IMG/VR virus record: IMGVR_UViG_2675903409_000014
Length of the DNA: 42,284 nucleotides
From: a virus
Lineage: Duplodnaviria > Heunggongvirae > Uroviricota > Caudoviricetes
Strand: one strand, 5' to 3'
The translations under genes were made by a program, and so were the position numbers. Positions 1 to 9,816 of this stretch are shown piece after piece. The notes beneath the pieces are model-generated. The model worked only from the letters and a program-made list of their open reading frames with translations, was not told the origin of the DNA and ran no database searches. How positions within the stretch are numbered: position 1 is the first letter of the stretch; each line of letters opens with the position of its first letter.

Positions 1-1236
1 CTACGATAACCGCGCATTCAACATGGCTACCTGTTCGTCGTTCATGTCATCAATCCACATACCGTAAATTTCATACACCATCTGCGCAGTTTCATGCCCC
101 ATCTGGCTGGCTATAAACGCCGGGTTCGCTCCTGCCGTCAACAGCCAGCAGGCAAAAGTATGCCGCGTATGGTACGGATTACGGCGGCGAATACCAGCAC
201 GTTTTACTGCTGCATTCCATCTCGCACCCAAACTGCTTACCGAGTAATAAGGTTTCTGTTTTCCGTTACACACTCTGGGCATGAAAACAAAATGCAGTTT
301 TTGCTTTTCGGTTCTGCCGTACTCCCGATGATAAAAAGTGATTTCGCTTTTGCGATGATGCCCGGTCAGTTTGTATTGCTCCTTCAGTGCTTCAAGAGCA
401 GGCTGCAGTAGTGTTACCGTCCGGATCCCCGCATTTGTTTTTGGGGGACCGAACATATCCAGTATCGTCAGGTTTCTTCTGACATTCACAACTCCCTTCT
501 CGAAATCCACATCCTCCCACGCCAGAGCAGCCAGTTCCCCGTGACGAAGCCCGGAGTATACGGCAAATTTCCACAAGTTCTGGCTCTGTCCTTTTTCACT
601 TTCCATTAATGCATTGAATTCTGTTTTAGATAACGGGTCAGGCTTTATTCTGTTTCTCTGTAATTTCTTTACTCCTTCAAATGGTTTGGTTGATATAAAT
701 CCCGACTGATACGCAAAACGTAACAACGAACAGAGCAGGGCGATATAGTTATCAACTGTGCGCACGGTTCTTCCTTTTTTGTTGGATCTTGGATTATCCA
801 GGTAAAGCGTTTCTCCATGCAGCAGTTCATTCCGGTAGTTTAAGATATCGCTATAACGAATATGCGATATCGGAGTACTCTCACAAATTATTATCCTGAG
901 TGTTTTTAATTGTGATTTCGTTTTCTTCATTGTGTTTGTTGTTAACTCTGTTTCTTTAATTTTTGTCCAGATATCACAAAGCTCCCCGAACGTTTTTATG
1001 ACCCTCGTTGTCACCATTTTTGCCCCAGTGCTGGACTGGGGAAAACGTCTTAAATACTCAAACTCACCGGAATTGATTTCATGAACTATCAACGCTCTTA
1101 AATTCCCGGCTTTTTTAATGTTACTGTTAGTAACCTCCCAGCCTTTCAATGTTTCCCGACATCGTTTTCCTCGAAACATGAACCAGATGCGAATGTATTT
1201 ACCTCGAATCTCGACACCTGTTGGTAATTTAGACAT
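1..1236 (-). CDS. intR: Tyrosine integrase, Rac prophage IntR-like
   Basis: 411 aa ORF MSKLPTGVEIRGKYIRIWF...; length and sequence as recalled for IntR; window begins at its stop codon; start overlaps xis stop. Confidence 0.92.
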   Translation of the reverse strand: MSKLPTGVEIRGKYIRIWFMFRGKRCRETLKGWEVTNSNIKKAGNLRALIVHEINSGEFEYLRRFPQSSTGAKMVTTRVIKTFGELCDIWTKIKETELTTNTMKKTKSQLKTLRIIICESTPISHIRYSDILNYRNELLHGETLYLDNPRSNKKGRTVRTVDNYIALLCSLLRFAYQSGFISTKPFEGVKKLQRNRIKPDPLSKTEFNALMESEKGQSQNLWKFAVYSGLRHGELAALAWEDVDFEKGVVNVRRNLTILDMFGPPKTNAGIRTVTLLQPALEALKEQYKLTGHHRKSEITFYHREYGRTEKQKLHFVFMPRVCNGKQKPYYSVSSLGARWNAAVKRAGIRRRNPYHTRHTFACWLLTAGANPAFIASQMGHETAQMVYEIYGMWIDDMNDEQVAMLNARLS

Positions 1237-1237
1237 A

Positions 1238-1453
1238 TCATGAGTCTTTGATAAACTGATTTATCTTTGGATAGTTATACCAGATAATCCCTCGCTTACT
1301 GTCTGGCTTCCCTAAAGGAGATACTCGTTTGAAGTGGAAGCCTTCCACCCAACAGTTCTGGCGGTATGCTTCAATTTGTCTGGCCCCCAGACCAGTGCGA
1401 AGCATCAGGCCGTATTCAACCATCCACTCTTCATTAAAGATTACTTGTGCCAT
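1238..1453 (-). CDS. xisR: Excisionase XisR (YdaQ)
   Basis: 71 aa from [21 protein letters not shown]..., directly upstream of int on same strand; start chosen at internal Met of 79-aa ORF. Confidence 0.8.
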   Translation of the reverse strand: MAQVIFNEEWMVEYGLMLRTGLGARQIEAYRQNCWVEGFHFKRVSPLGKPDSKRGIIWYNYPKINQFIKDS

Positions 1454-1552
1454 CGCATCACCTCTGGCAGGCGCCAATGTTAGACTTAAATTGACGCCCG
1501 ATGTTGATTATTAATAATCAGCTATGAAGTTTTAATTTGAATACAATGCAAT

Positions 1553-1753
1553 TCACGAGGACTGAAGTTTCTCGCAATTAAAATTTATCAGTTTTACTTT
1601 CTGCTCTCTGGAAACGCCTGCTTCTTTTTTACCTGAGAGCATTTTTTCGCATTCTGATTTCGTTAGTTTAGATTTTGAATATCTTGTCCAGTTAGTAGGA
1701 GTGCCACCTTCCTTTTCAATAGTGGCGGTAATTTTATACATGAACACCTCCAT
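1553..1753 (-). CDS. ydaC: YdaC-like small protein
   Basis: MEVFMYKITATIEKEGGTPTNWTRYSKSKL... matches recalled YdaC; start taken at internal Met of 86-aa ORF. Confidence 0.65.
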   Translation of the reverse strand: MEVFMYKITATIEKEGGTPTNWTRYSKSKLTKSECEKMLSGKKEAGVSREQKVKLINFNCEKLQSS

Positions 1754-1928
1754 TATTATTTCCAGTGGTTCGTTTATTTCATCGTTCGAGTGCTTCTTTT
1801 TCACTTCCACCATAACCGGTTCGGGATTCGCATCCGTTACACTTCGCTCGGTAATATCCTGAAATGGCTTTCACCGTTACTGATGGACAACCACAAAATG
1901 GACATGGTTTAACATTGTCATATCTCAT
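1734..1928 (-). pseudogene. ralR: ralR (lar) with in-frame TGA at codon 50; span is the full-length reference frame
   Basis: Minus-strand translation from ATG at 1928 gives MRYDNVKPCPFCGCPSVTVKAISGYYRAKCNGCESRTGYGGSEKEALER then TGA (plus strand tca at 1779-1781); read-through continues NKRTTGNNNGGVHV stop, reproducing the recalled 64-aa RalR. Confidence 0.55.
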
Positions 1929-1983
1929 AATTTTTCTCATAAAAATATTTCAAGTTGGCGGTGCATTACACCGCCAGGCTGAA

Positions 1984-2793
1984 TTATTCCTCTGAATTAT
2001 CGATTACACTGTATTCCCCGGTTAATACAGAGGAATCTGCAGGATCGATTGTCAGTGGTTCCTTTTCATCCATTGATACTGCACGCTGGATCTCAATTGA
2101 TACGGGCAGATATTTGAACAGGCGACGAATAGCCGTTTTCTTTGCCATTTCTTCCCAGTGAGTTACCCACGGCCCGTTATTACCAGCTTTACTCTGGCTG
2201 CGCACCAGCTCAATCTGTTTGCGCGTCATAACTTCAAACTGAGTACCTCCGTCTTTCAGTCTTGCGACAGCATAGACGTGGGTAACAGGGGCATCTTCGT
2301 TTTCTCCTGGGCGGTGTATTAACTTTTCATCAAGGCCAAATTCGAAATTAAACTCGTCACCTTCACGGACAACACGGGCTGACAGGCTGGCGATTTGACC
2401 TGAACGGCGAGCCAGATCAATCATGCCGCGATAGCCAATGATTAGCTGAACGTTTTTTTTACCGCTCTTTTCGTTTTTATTACCAAAAGGCAGTAAATAT
2501 GCATGACCGAGGGCGCTACCGGGCTCAAGTCCGAGCTGTGAACACTGTACGATTGCACTGACAAAACTCATAGTGTCACAGTTTCCTAACGCCGGAACTT
2601 TACGAATTTCTGTGGTGGCGATACGGATCATACGTTCAGCCGTCATATGGCGTGGAAGAGCTGCTGCCAGTTGCTCTTTCATTGATGGCTGGTTAATAAA
2701 ACTAATCACGTCGTTATTTTTAATTGCTGCTGGTGCACGGTTTCCCTGAGTTTTTTGCAGATCGGCTTTTGCGATTGGTGGTTGCTTAGTCAT
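1984..2793 (-). CDS. recT: RecT single-strand annealing recombinase
   Basis: 269 aa from [32 protein letters not shown]... matches recalled RecT; SD aagga 8 nt upstream. Confidence 0.95.
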   Translation of the reverse strand: MTKQPPIAKADLQKTQGNRAPAAIKNNDVISFINQPSMKEQLAAALPRHMTAERMIRIATTEIRKVPALGNCDTMSFVSAIVQCSQLGLEPGSALGHAYLLPFGNKNEKSGKKNVQLIIGYRGMIDLARRSGQIASLSARVVREGDEFNFEFGLDEKLIHRPGENEDAPVTHVYAVARLKDGGTQFEVMTRKQIELVRSQSKAGNNGPWVTHWEEMAKKTAIRRLFKYLPVSIEIQRAVSMDEKEPLTIDPADSSVLTGEYSVIDNSEE

Positions 2794-5394
2794 TTGCATA
2801 TTCCTTAGCCCAGCGGGGCAGTGATAACGTCTTAATAGCTGGCCATTCATCGGTATTGAGGCAGTCAGCCAGGGTTCGCAGATTGCGGTGATATTCCAGC
2901 TGACCTGCCAGTTTTGCTTCTTCGCCCATCATGAAAATTTCAACCGGATAACGTCCGCATTCAATAGTTGTGCTGGCAACCAGAAAAACGAAAGTTGGCT
3001 GCACTCCAAACTGTGCTTCATAACCGTCACTGTAGAATGCATCCTGAACGTGATAGCGGTAGTCGTAATAAGCGGTTTTGAATCGTTGAATATCCGCCGT
3101 AGTTTTCACGTCCATGATCCAGTGAAATTCAGGGATAATTTTGTCCGGACGGCACCGACACAAAATTGCTGTTTCAGGATCTTCCCAGTAAATTGATGAT
3201 TCAGCGTGTCCGGCGCTTTCAACAAGCCATTGCCCCAGCGGCAAAGCCATAACGCTCTGATACATGAGTTCAATTTTCCGGCCTTCTTCGGCAGTGATAA
3301 CCGTTTTTCCTGTGCTTGCGCATTCCCTCAGAAACGCTTTCTCTTCTTCTTTTCCGGAGTTTGTCCGGCGGTTAAATTCAGGTGCTACGATAAAGCGGTT
3401 ACTGAATTCTTCCGGCTCAAGTACCCGGCAGTGGAAAGCGGTTCCTAAATCGAGCGTTTTTGTCTTTGTGGTGTCCACGGGGGCATTTTTACGCCACAAA
3501 TACAGTGCCGGAGTATCAGCAATGTCATCGAGCTGAGACTTACTGACACCGGGACCCGCGTGGTAATTCTCATTCGAAATTCCGTAATAAATACCNNNNN
3601 NNNNNNNNNNNNNNNNNNNNNNNNNNNNNNNNNNNNNNNNNNNNNNNNNNNNNNNNNNNNNNNNNNNNNNNNNNNNNNNNNNNNNNNNNNNNNNNNNNNN
3701 NNNNNNNNNNNNNNNNNNNNNNNNNNNNNNNNNNNNNNNNNNNNNNNNNNNNNNNNNNNNNNNNNNNNNNNNNNNNNNNNNNNNNNNNNNNNNNNNNNNN
3801 NNNNNNNNNNNNNNNNNNNNNNNNNNNNNNNNNNNNNNNNNNNNNNNNNNATTTCCGGTTCCTGTTGCACTACTGGCTCAGGTTGATTCATATCCGGGCT
3901 GGTTTTTTCCGTTTCTGGCTGGTTCTGGTACACACAATCGCGAGTCTGGATCCCCTTTACCCATTTCGGATCGTTCGGGTCGCTAATTCCGTCAACAAAT
4001 TCACCACGTGATGCAGCAAGCAATTTATCGGCATCGACAGGATTTTTTGATGGAATGTTTTTCCGGGCTTCATGGAGTTCTGCCCGCAGTTCCTGATATT
4101 TCGCATCAACAGAATTTACCTGTGACTGAGCATCCAGCGGCTGCGTGTCCTGATGATGTTCAGTTGCGTCCGGTTCCATTGTTTCAGCCTCTCCCTGTTC
4201 AACTGCCGTTGTTCCAGATGGTTGCGGTTTTTCTTCATCATCCTGTTTTCCTTCTTCTGTTACTCGCTGCGGCATCGGGGCAGAGGAGCGACCGCAGGCA
4301 ATATCCACGATTTCCGGATCAGGGTTGGCATGATCGGTTTCAGTCAGTACTTTGTTCAGATATTCAGTGACGTGCGCGGGGATGACCTCGATCCCAATTG
4401 GTGCTTCTTTTACGGACGCAACCACGATGGCGCGGGAATAATCCAGCCCGCCAGGCATGGTGATGAATTTGTCGCGGAAAACAGAAAAGGGCGGTTTATT
4501 TTCAGCGATAATTTCCTCAATGCGTTTAGCGTGTGCCGGATGAAGGTTATAGATGTCCAGATCCATTGAACGGGCCAGTACGCCAGTGGCTACGTCCCGC
4601 GCCAGTGACGTCAGATCGTGTACGAAACCTTCGCCGCGATCGGTGAGGTTTCCGCCGCCAGCATTAGCACCGGAAGCCGTGCGAGTGATGTGTGAAACAC
4701 GATTACCCTTCATCCACTCTTTTGTCAGCAGTCCTCGATCGGTGTAGTCAGCGTTCAGGTATGCTTCGAAAAAAGCAGTTATCAGTCCCAGGTTTGAATT
4801 ACCAGGATTAGGGAAAACTTTGTCAGTGTCACGAACCAGTTTGTGGAGTTCGCGAATTTCCAGCGGGTCGAGCAGGCTGGTTTTGTGGGAAACAGCCAGG
4901 GCAGTAACAGCCGGTAGTTCTTCAGCCCGAGCAATGTGTAATGCCTGGAGTCCGTCGCGTGAAACGTGCGTTACCGGTTTTTCGCTGCCGTGTTGAGCAA
5001 GCCAACGAATGGGCAGTTCCTGGCCAGAAATTGGGAGTAGCATATTCTCCTCAATCTCAGTCATGTCTTCGCCGTTGACGTTGGTATTGCCTTGATAGTG
5101 AGCGTTGTCTGGTGCTGCTCCCGGTTTTAGTTCCCATGTCATGGAGTCTTTGCTGAGTTGATAGCGTTCACTCCAGGTAAAATCGATCTCACCTTCAGCG
5201 GGCAGGTCATTAACGACAGGAAAATTCGTGGCAACAGCTTTAAAATAGCTGCTCAGTTTTTTACCTGACTTAACGATCAGGTAGTCCAGAGTGGCACAGG
5301 TCGATTCAAAATCGTTGCTTGCCCACAGGACGACGTCAGGTTCACCGGATGATTTTTTCGCTTTCCGTAACAGGAAGAGTGGTTTTGTGCTCAT
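2786..5394 (-). CDS. recE: RecE exonuclease VIII (interrupted by N-run 3596-3850)
   Basis: N-terminal [32 protein letters not shown]... and C-terminal ORF ending ...[11 protein letters not shown] match RecE; frame break coincides with N-run; 8-nt overlap with recT. Confidence 0.9.
3596..3850. other. Undetermined sequence (N-run) inside recE
   Basis: 255 N. Confidence 1.
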
Positions 5395-5495
5395 TGTTTT
5401 TTAACCTCAACTCAGATTAAAATTCGTTTTGTTCAGTGAATGATCTTGCCGGATACACACTGTTCATAGCCTGCGCCATACGCAGGCTATTTCTT

Positions 5496-5771
5496 TCAGA
5501 TTTCACCTTTTAATTTCATTGCAATTAGAGTTGCCAGAAATTCGGCTTTTTTTTCTGCGGGCAGATTCTTTCCGATATGCACCAGGCACATTTTTTTGAC
5601 ACCTTCATCAAGTGTTTTTACGTTGCCTGATGGACCATCGATATCAACCACAGTGAATGGGGTTTCTTTATTTTCTGTTTTAATTACGTAGCCAATGCGC
5701 TTTCCTTCCAGATTCACCTCGTGAACAATGTCATCGGTAGTTACAACAGTGGCTTCATAATTGGTAATCAT
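5496..5771 (-). CDS. racC: RacC
   Basis: 91 aa MITNYEATVVTTDDIVHEVNLEGKRIGYVIKTENK...; SD aaggag upstream of internal Met of the 107-aa ORF. Confidence 0.8.
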   Translation of the reverse strand: MITNYEATVVTTDDIVHEVNLEGKRIGYVIKTENKETPFTVVDIDGPSGNVKTLDEGVKKMCLVHIGKNLPAEKKAEFLATLIAMKLKGEI

Positions 5772-5845
5772 GTTTTTCTCCTTAATTAAGGTTGAGCGAA
5801 TACCTGCCATTTCTGGCATAAATTCAGTTTCGAATAGTCAATTAA

Positions 5846-6016
5846 TTAAAGTTCATGTGCCATCTGGTCTTTTTCGGCACAAGCTTCACTGCAATATTTT
5901 CTCGGTTCGTCTTTTGATAAAATCCCGTGCATGAAGTGAAGCATTCTTTCAATAGCTTTGCTTTCTTCAACGTCTTTTTTGCAAAGGTGGTAAGCACATT
6001 TTATTTTCTTAGTCAT
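5846..6016 (-). CDS. ydaE: YdaE-like small Cys-rich protein (56 aa; absent from ORF track, under 60 aa)
   Basis: Hand translation [56 protein letters not shown]; ATG overlaps kilR stop (ATGA). Confidence 0.6.
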   Translation of the reverse strand: MTKKIKCAYHLCKKDVEESKAIERMLHFMHGILSKDEPRKYCSEACAEKDQMAHEL

Positions 6017-6237
6017 CACCATGACTCCGCCTTTACAGGTAAACCATCACGACCGAGGAAGACTTTAATCATGCGGTCAGTAATGCATGTTTTTGTGGTC
6101 AGGTTACGAATATATAGTTTTCGCTTTTTAATATTGTTTGCCGAGGCAATATATGTCCGGCCTTCATGAAGAACATAATCGCCAGGAGTCACACACTGAC
6201 GTGGTATTTCATCAGTTCCGAAGTGATGTGCAATCAT
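6016..6237 (-). CDS. kilR: KilR (FtsZ-targeting killing protein)
   Basis: 73 aa [32 protein letters not shown]... matches recalled KilR; SD ggag 7 nt upstream. Confidence 0.85.
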   Translation of the reverse strand: MIAHHFGTDEIPRQCVTPGDYVLHEGRTYIASANNIKKRKLYIRNLTTKTCITDRMIKVFLGRDGLPVKAESW

Positions 6238-6678
6238 AATTATCTCCATTTTTACAAATGAACTTTGTTGATGCGGTGCCTGGTGCCTCCAGGTGACTGC
6301 AACCAGTTAACAATTACAGTCGGCTTTCCCACCCAAACCAATAAGGACTAACATGACTTTTAACTGTGCCACGTGCGCTTAGCCGCATTCACCGCATCAC
6401 AAAATTCACTTTAAAAAGGGCGGACATCAGCCGAACTTCAAGAAAAAAACTGATGCCGCCAGGACTACACACAGCAATGTCGTTATTTACAACCGGAGGC
6501 GCACTCCCACCATTTAAATTTAACAGACAAGACCGACTCTTTATGGATATCGGAAATGCGCCTTCGTGTTGTGCCCGGTTTTATTTCACCACCTCCGGGC
6601 TTCGGTGGTCTCGGCTATACCCCTACAGCGAGAGCTTGTGTTAACATTTCAATACCCTTACAGTTGAGAGTTATTGAT

Positions 6679-7167
6679 ATGTTGGATGTATTTACTCCAT
6701 TGTTGAAACTTTTTGCTAACGAGCCACTCGAAATACTTATGTATACGATTATCATTTTTGGTCTCACTCTCTGGCTGATACCGAAAGAGTTTACTGTCGC
6801 ATTCAATGCTTATACTGAAATACCTTGGCTCTTTCAGATTATCGTTTTTGCCTTTTCTTTCGTGGTCGCCATTTCCTTCTCAAGATTGCGAGCACATATT
6901 CAAAAGCATTATTCATTACTACCAGAGCAACGAGTATTGCTTCGTTTATCTGAGAAAGAAATCGCTGTATTTAAAGATTTCCTTAAAACAGGAAATCTTA
7001 TTATCACTTCTCCTTGCCGTAACCCGGTTATGAAAAAATTAGAACGGAAGGGCATCATTCAACATCAGAGTGATAGCGCAAACTGTTCTTATTATCTCGT
7101 CACCGAAAAATACTCCCATTTTATGAAGTTATTCTGGAACAGCAGGAGTAGACGTTTTAATCGTTAG
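6679..7167 (+). CDS. sieB: SieB superinfection exclusion protein
   Basis: 162 aa from MLDVFTPLLKLFANEPLEILMYTIIIFGLTLWLIP...; membrane-like N-terminus; matches recalled SieB. Confidence 0.85.
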   Translation: MLDVFTPLLKLFANEPLEILMYTIIIFGLTLWLIPKEFTVAFNAYTEIPWLFQIIVFAFSFVVAISFSRLRAHIQKHYSLLPEQRVLLRLSEKEIAVFKDFLKTGNLIITSPCRNPVMKKLERKGIIQHQSDSANCSYYLVTEKYSHFMKLFWNSRSRRFNR

Positions 7168-7319
7168 CTTACTGTGTGCTTCTCCAACCATCGGCGCGCA
7201 CCAGTTTCGGTTTTAAATGTTTTGCTTTTGGTATACGTCATGGCAGTGAACGTTCCATCCTGGTTGGGGAACACGCCGCACACCAGGGATTCGTTGTTGC
7301 CGAGGTCGATTTTTTGCAT
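7164..7319 (-). CDS. ydaF: YdaF-like small protein (51 aa; absent from ORF track)
   Basis: Hand translation MQKIDLGNNESLVCGVFPNQDGTFTAMTYTKSKTFKTETGARRWLEKHTVS; convergent 4-nt overlap with sieB. Confidence 0.6.
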   Translation of the reverse strand: MQKIDLGNNESLVCGVFPNQDGTFTAMTYTKSKTFKTETGARRWLEKHTVS

Positions 7320-7329
7320 TTTGCGAATC

Positions 7330-7464
7330 TCACATCTTGTTGCTGTGTATAGCGACTTCTGCCTGCCAGAGATCCCAGTCGTTGCTGCGTAAAGCCTGCA
7401 CAGCCTGGTTGTAAGTGATACCGCAACAATCCATCAAATACTGAACTACTTCGTAATGCACCAT
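7330..7464 (-). CDS. ydaG: YdaG-like small protein (44 aa)
   Basis: MVHYEVVQYLMDCCGITYNQAVQALRSNDWDLWQAEVAIHSNKM within the 60-aa ORF 7330..7512. Confidence 0.6.
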   Translation of the reverse strand: MVHYEVVQYLMDCCGITYNQAVQALRSNDWDLWQAEVAIHSNKM

Positions 7465-7624
7465 CTTATCTCTCCCCTTAACGCCGGGTGGCGGAACTGA
7501 AACCTGCTGCACTGCAAAATCTGAACCCTGCCGTCATGTTCATACGCCTCGGGCTGGCTACTTAACCCCTGACCACTGCCTGGTAACTCGAAGTATTGCC
7601 CTGCGTTCTGTGGGGCGGGGTGGG

Positions 7625-7680
7625 TTGGTAGGTATATAATGTACTTTGTGTTCATTGATGTAAAGTACTATAAGTACATT
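7625..7680 (-). promoter_or_regulatory. Candidate early leftward promoter/operator cluster (TGTACT / AGTACT / AGTACA motifs)
   Basis: Between racR 3' end and ydaG start; TGTACT at 7640-7645, AGTACT at 7664-7669, AGTACA at 7673-7678; TTTACA-like and AT-rich hexamers on minus strand. Confidence 0.35.
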
Positions 7681-7754
7681 TTGTGTGTAAAAAAATGAGA
7701 TGGGATAAAGTGAAGCACAAACCCGGAGGGGGACGCTACCGGATTTATGCTGGT

Positions 7755-8192
7755 TTAAGAGGCTTTTTGTTTTTTCTTTCGTGCTAGCTCTTCGTAAATT
7801 GCATTGTACTTCTGTTTTTTCTCCTCAAGAGTTTTTAAAAGTTCATCTGTCTCACTGTCAGGGAGCTCGTCCAGAAGGTCAATGATGATTTTTTGTCTTG
7901 GATTTAACTCCTGATAGAAACGTACCTGTCCACTTTCTTCTGTATCCTCTCCCAAAAGATAGGTTGGTGTTGTTCCAATGAGTGTTGCTAATTCCCTTAA
8001 TTTCTCTCGGCGAGGAATTGTTTCGCCATTAAACCATTTGCTAACCGCTTTTGGTGTTAATTTCATTCGACGGGCAATTTCTGCCTGCCTTCCATGTTGT
8101 TCATAACCAGCGTTTTCACAGGCTAGCGCAAGCCTACTGGCGAACTCTTTACGCGCTTTATCTTCATGAACCATAAGTTCAATGATATTCAC
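7755..8192 (-). CDS. racR: RacR prophage repressor (HTH)
   Basis: 145-aa ORF MNIIELMVHEDKARKEFASRLALACENAGY...; divergent from ydaS-ydaT as in Rac; first codon is GTG, alternative ATG at 8174. Confidence 0.8.
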   Translation of the reverse strand: MNIIELMVHEDKARKEFASRLALACENAGYEQHGRQAEIARRMKLTPKAVSKWFNGETIPRREKLRELATLIGTTPTYLLGEDTEESGQVRFYQELNPRQKIIIDLLDELPDSETDELLKTLEEKKQKYNAIYEELARKKKQKAS

Positions 8193-8253
8193 TCTTGAAT
8201 GTACTGTCAGTTCTGTTATAGCATGTACTCAAAGTTCACATTGTGAGGGTGAT
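8193..8253. promoter_or_regulatory. racR / ydaS divergent control region with repeated TGTACT motifs
   Basis: 61-bp divergent intergenic region; TGTACT at 8200-8205 and 8224-8229, same hexamer as the cluster near 7640-7678. Confidence 0.4.
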
Positions 8254-8508
8254 ATGAACCAGAAAACACTTGAAGATGTAATCAAAACTGTTCGCGTTTC
8301 TGTTGTGGCCGACGTTTGTGGTGTCAGCCAAAGAGCAATCTACAAATGGATGGATAACGGAAAATTGCCTCGCACAGAATATACCGGCGAAACAAATTAC
8401 GCTGAAAAAATCGCTCATGCATCAAACGGATTATTTTCTGCTGATGTAATTTTAACTATTGGCAGAAATAAAACTACTACGAAAAAGCTGATGGGAGTTG
8501 ATTCATGA
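8254..8508 (+). CDS. ydaS: YdaS-like HTH protein (Cro-position)
   Basis: MNQKTLEDVIKTVRVSVVADVCGVSQRAIYKWMDNGKLPR...; SD gaggg upstream; alternative upstream start 8182 would overlap racR. Confidence 0.7.
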   Translation: MNQKTLEDVIKTVRVSVVADVCGVSQRAIYKWMDNGKLPRTEYTGETNYAEKIAHASNGLFSADVILTIGRNKTTTKKLMGVDS

Positions 8509-8927
8509 AAATCAAGCATGAGCACATCGAGTCAGTGTTGTTAGCCCTGGCAGCCGAAAAAGGGCAGGCATGGGTAGCCAATGCCATTACTGAAGAATAT
8601 CTGCGCCAGGGGGGCGGCGAATTGCCCCTGGTACCAGGCAAGGACTGGAATAATCAGCAGAATATCTATCACCGTTGGTTGAAAGGTGAAACGAAAACGC
8701 AAAGAGAAAAAATTCAGAAGCTGATCCCAGCAATTCTGGCAATCCTTCCGCGCGAGCTGCGTCACCGACTCTGCATCTTCGATACCCTGGAACGCCGTGC
8801 ATTACTGGCGGCGCAGGAAGCGTTAAGTACGGCAATTGATGCGCATGATGATGCAGTCCAAGCCGTTTACCGGAAAGCGCATTTCAGCGGCGGCGGGTCT
8901 TCCGACGATTCTGTCATTGTTCATTAA
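8505..8927 (+). CDS. ydaT: YdaT
   Basis: 140 aa MKIKHEHIESVLLALAAEKGQAWVANAITEEYL...; ATGA overlap with ydaS stop. Confidence 0.8.
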   Translation: MKIKHEHIESVLLALAAEKGQAWVANAITEEYLRQGGGELPLVPGKDWNNQQNIYHRWLKGETKTQREKIQKLIPAILAILPRELRHRLCIFDTLERRALLAAQEALSTAIDAHDDAVQAVYRKAHFSGGGSSDDSVIVH

Positions 8928-8990
8928 GCAAAAGTTTCCATGCTGTTTGTGCTTATTCTAAGCCACCGGGCAGCATCATACGGGGCAATT

Positions 8991-9810
8991 ATGGCCGCAT
9001 TACCATACATGCAACTGTACATAGCTGATTACCTGGCTGACACCATGCATTTGTCAGCAGAGGAGCATGGTGCGTATTTGTTGCTGATGTTCAATTACTG
9101 GCAAACAGGAAAGCCAATACCTAAAAACAGGCTGGCAAAAATTGCCCGTCTNNNNNNNNNNNNNNNNNNNNNNNNNNNNNNNNNNNNNNNNNNNNNNNNN
9201 NNNNNNNNNNNNNNNNNNNNNNNNNNNNNNNNNNNNNNNNNNNNNNNNNNNNNNNNNNNNNNNNNNNNNNNNNNNNNNNNNNNNNNNNNNNNNNNNNNNN
9301 NNNNNNNNNNNNNNNNNNNNNNNNNNNNNNNNNNNNNNNNNNNNNNNNNNNNNNNNNNNNNNNNNNNNNNNNNNNNNNNNNNNNNNNNNNNNNNNNNNNN
9401 NNNNNGAACATGATGTCAACACAAAGGCAACTAATAAAGATACAGATAAAGATCTAAAAACAGATCCCCCCCTAAATCCCCCCCGGGGGAATCGAGGTGT
9501 CAAAAAGTTTGACCCTCTGGATATTGCTTTGCCGAACTGGATTTCTGTCTCGCTTTGGCGTGAGTGGGTTGAATTTCGCCAGGCATTGCGAAAACCGATT
9601 CGAACGGAGCAGGGCGCTAACGGGGCGATACGGGAGCTGGAAAAATTCCGCCAGCAGGGTTTTTCACCTGAGCAGGTGATTCGACACAGCATCGCCAATG
9701 AATACCAGGGCTTGTTCGCGCCGAAAGGTGTTCGACCTGAGACGTTACTCCGACAGGTTAACACCGTCTCGTTACCGGATAGTGCGATCCCGCCAGGCTT
9801 CAGGGGGTAA
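8991..9810 (+). CDS. ydaU: YdaU-like replication protein (interrupted by N-run 9152-9405)
   Basis: N-terminal [40 protein letters not shown]... and C-terminal ...[36 protein letters not shown]...; frame break coincides with N-run. Confidence 0.75.
9152..9405. other. Undetermined sequence (N-run) inside ydaU
   Basis: 254 N. Confidence 1.
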
Positions 9811-9816
9811 CTGACC

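Noticed and set aside
3596-3850. Apparent frameshifts or fragmentation of recE, ydaU, Q, endolysin and small terminase
   Set aside because: Each frame break coincides with an N-run whose length need not preserve frame; treated as masking artefacts, not pseudogenes.
4008-4569. Plus-strand ORFs of 120 and 138 aa
   Set aside because: Antisense to the well-supported recE coding sequence; low-complexity products.
7238-7429. 63-aa minus-strand ORF
   Set aside because: Overlaps ydaF and ydaG in another frame; the hand-translated ydaF and ydaG match recalled Rac proteins instead.
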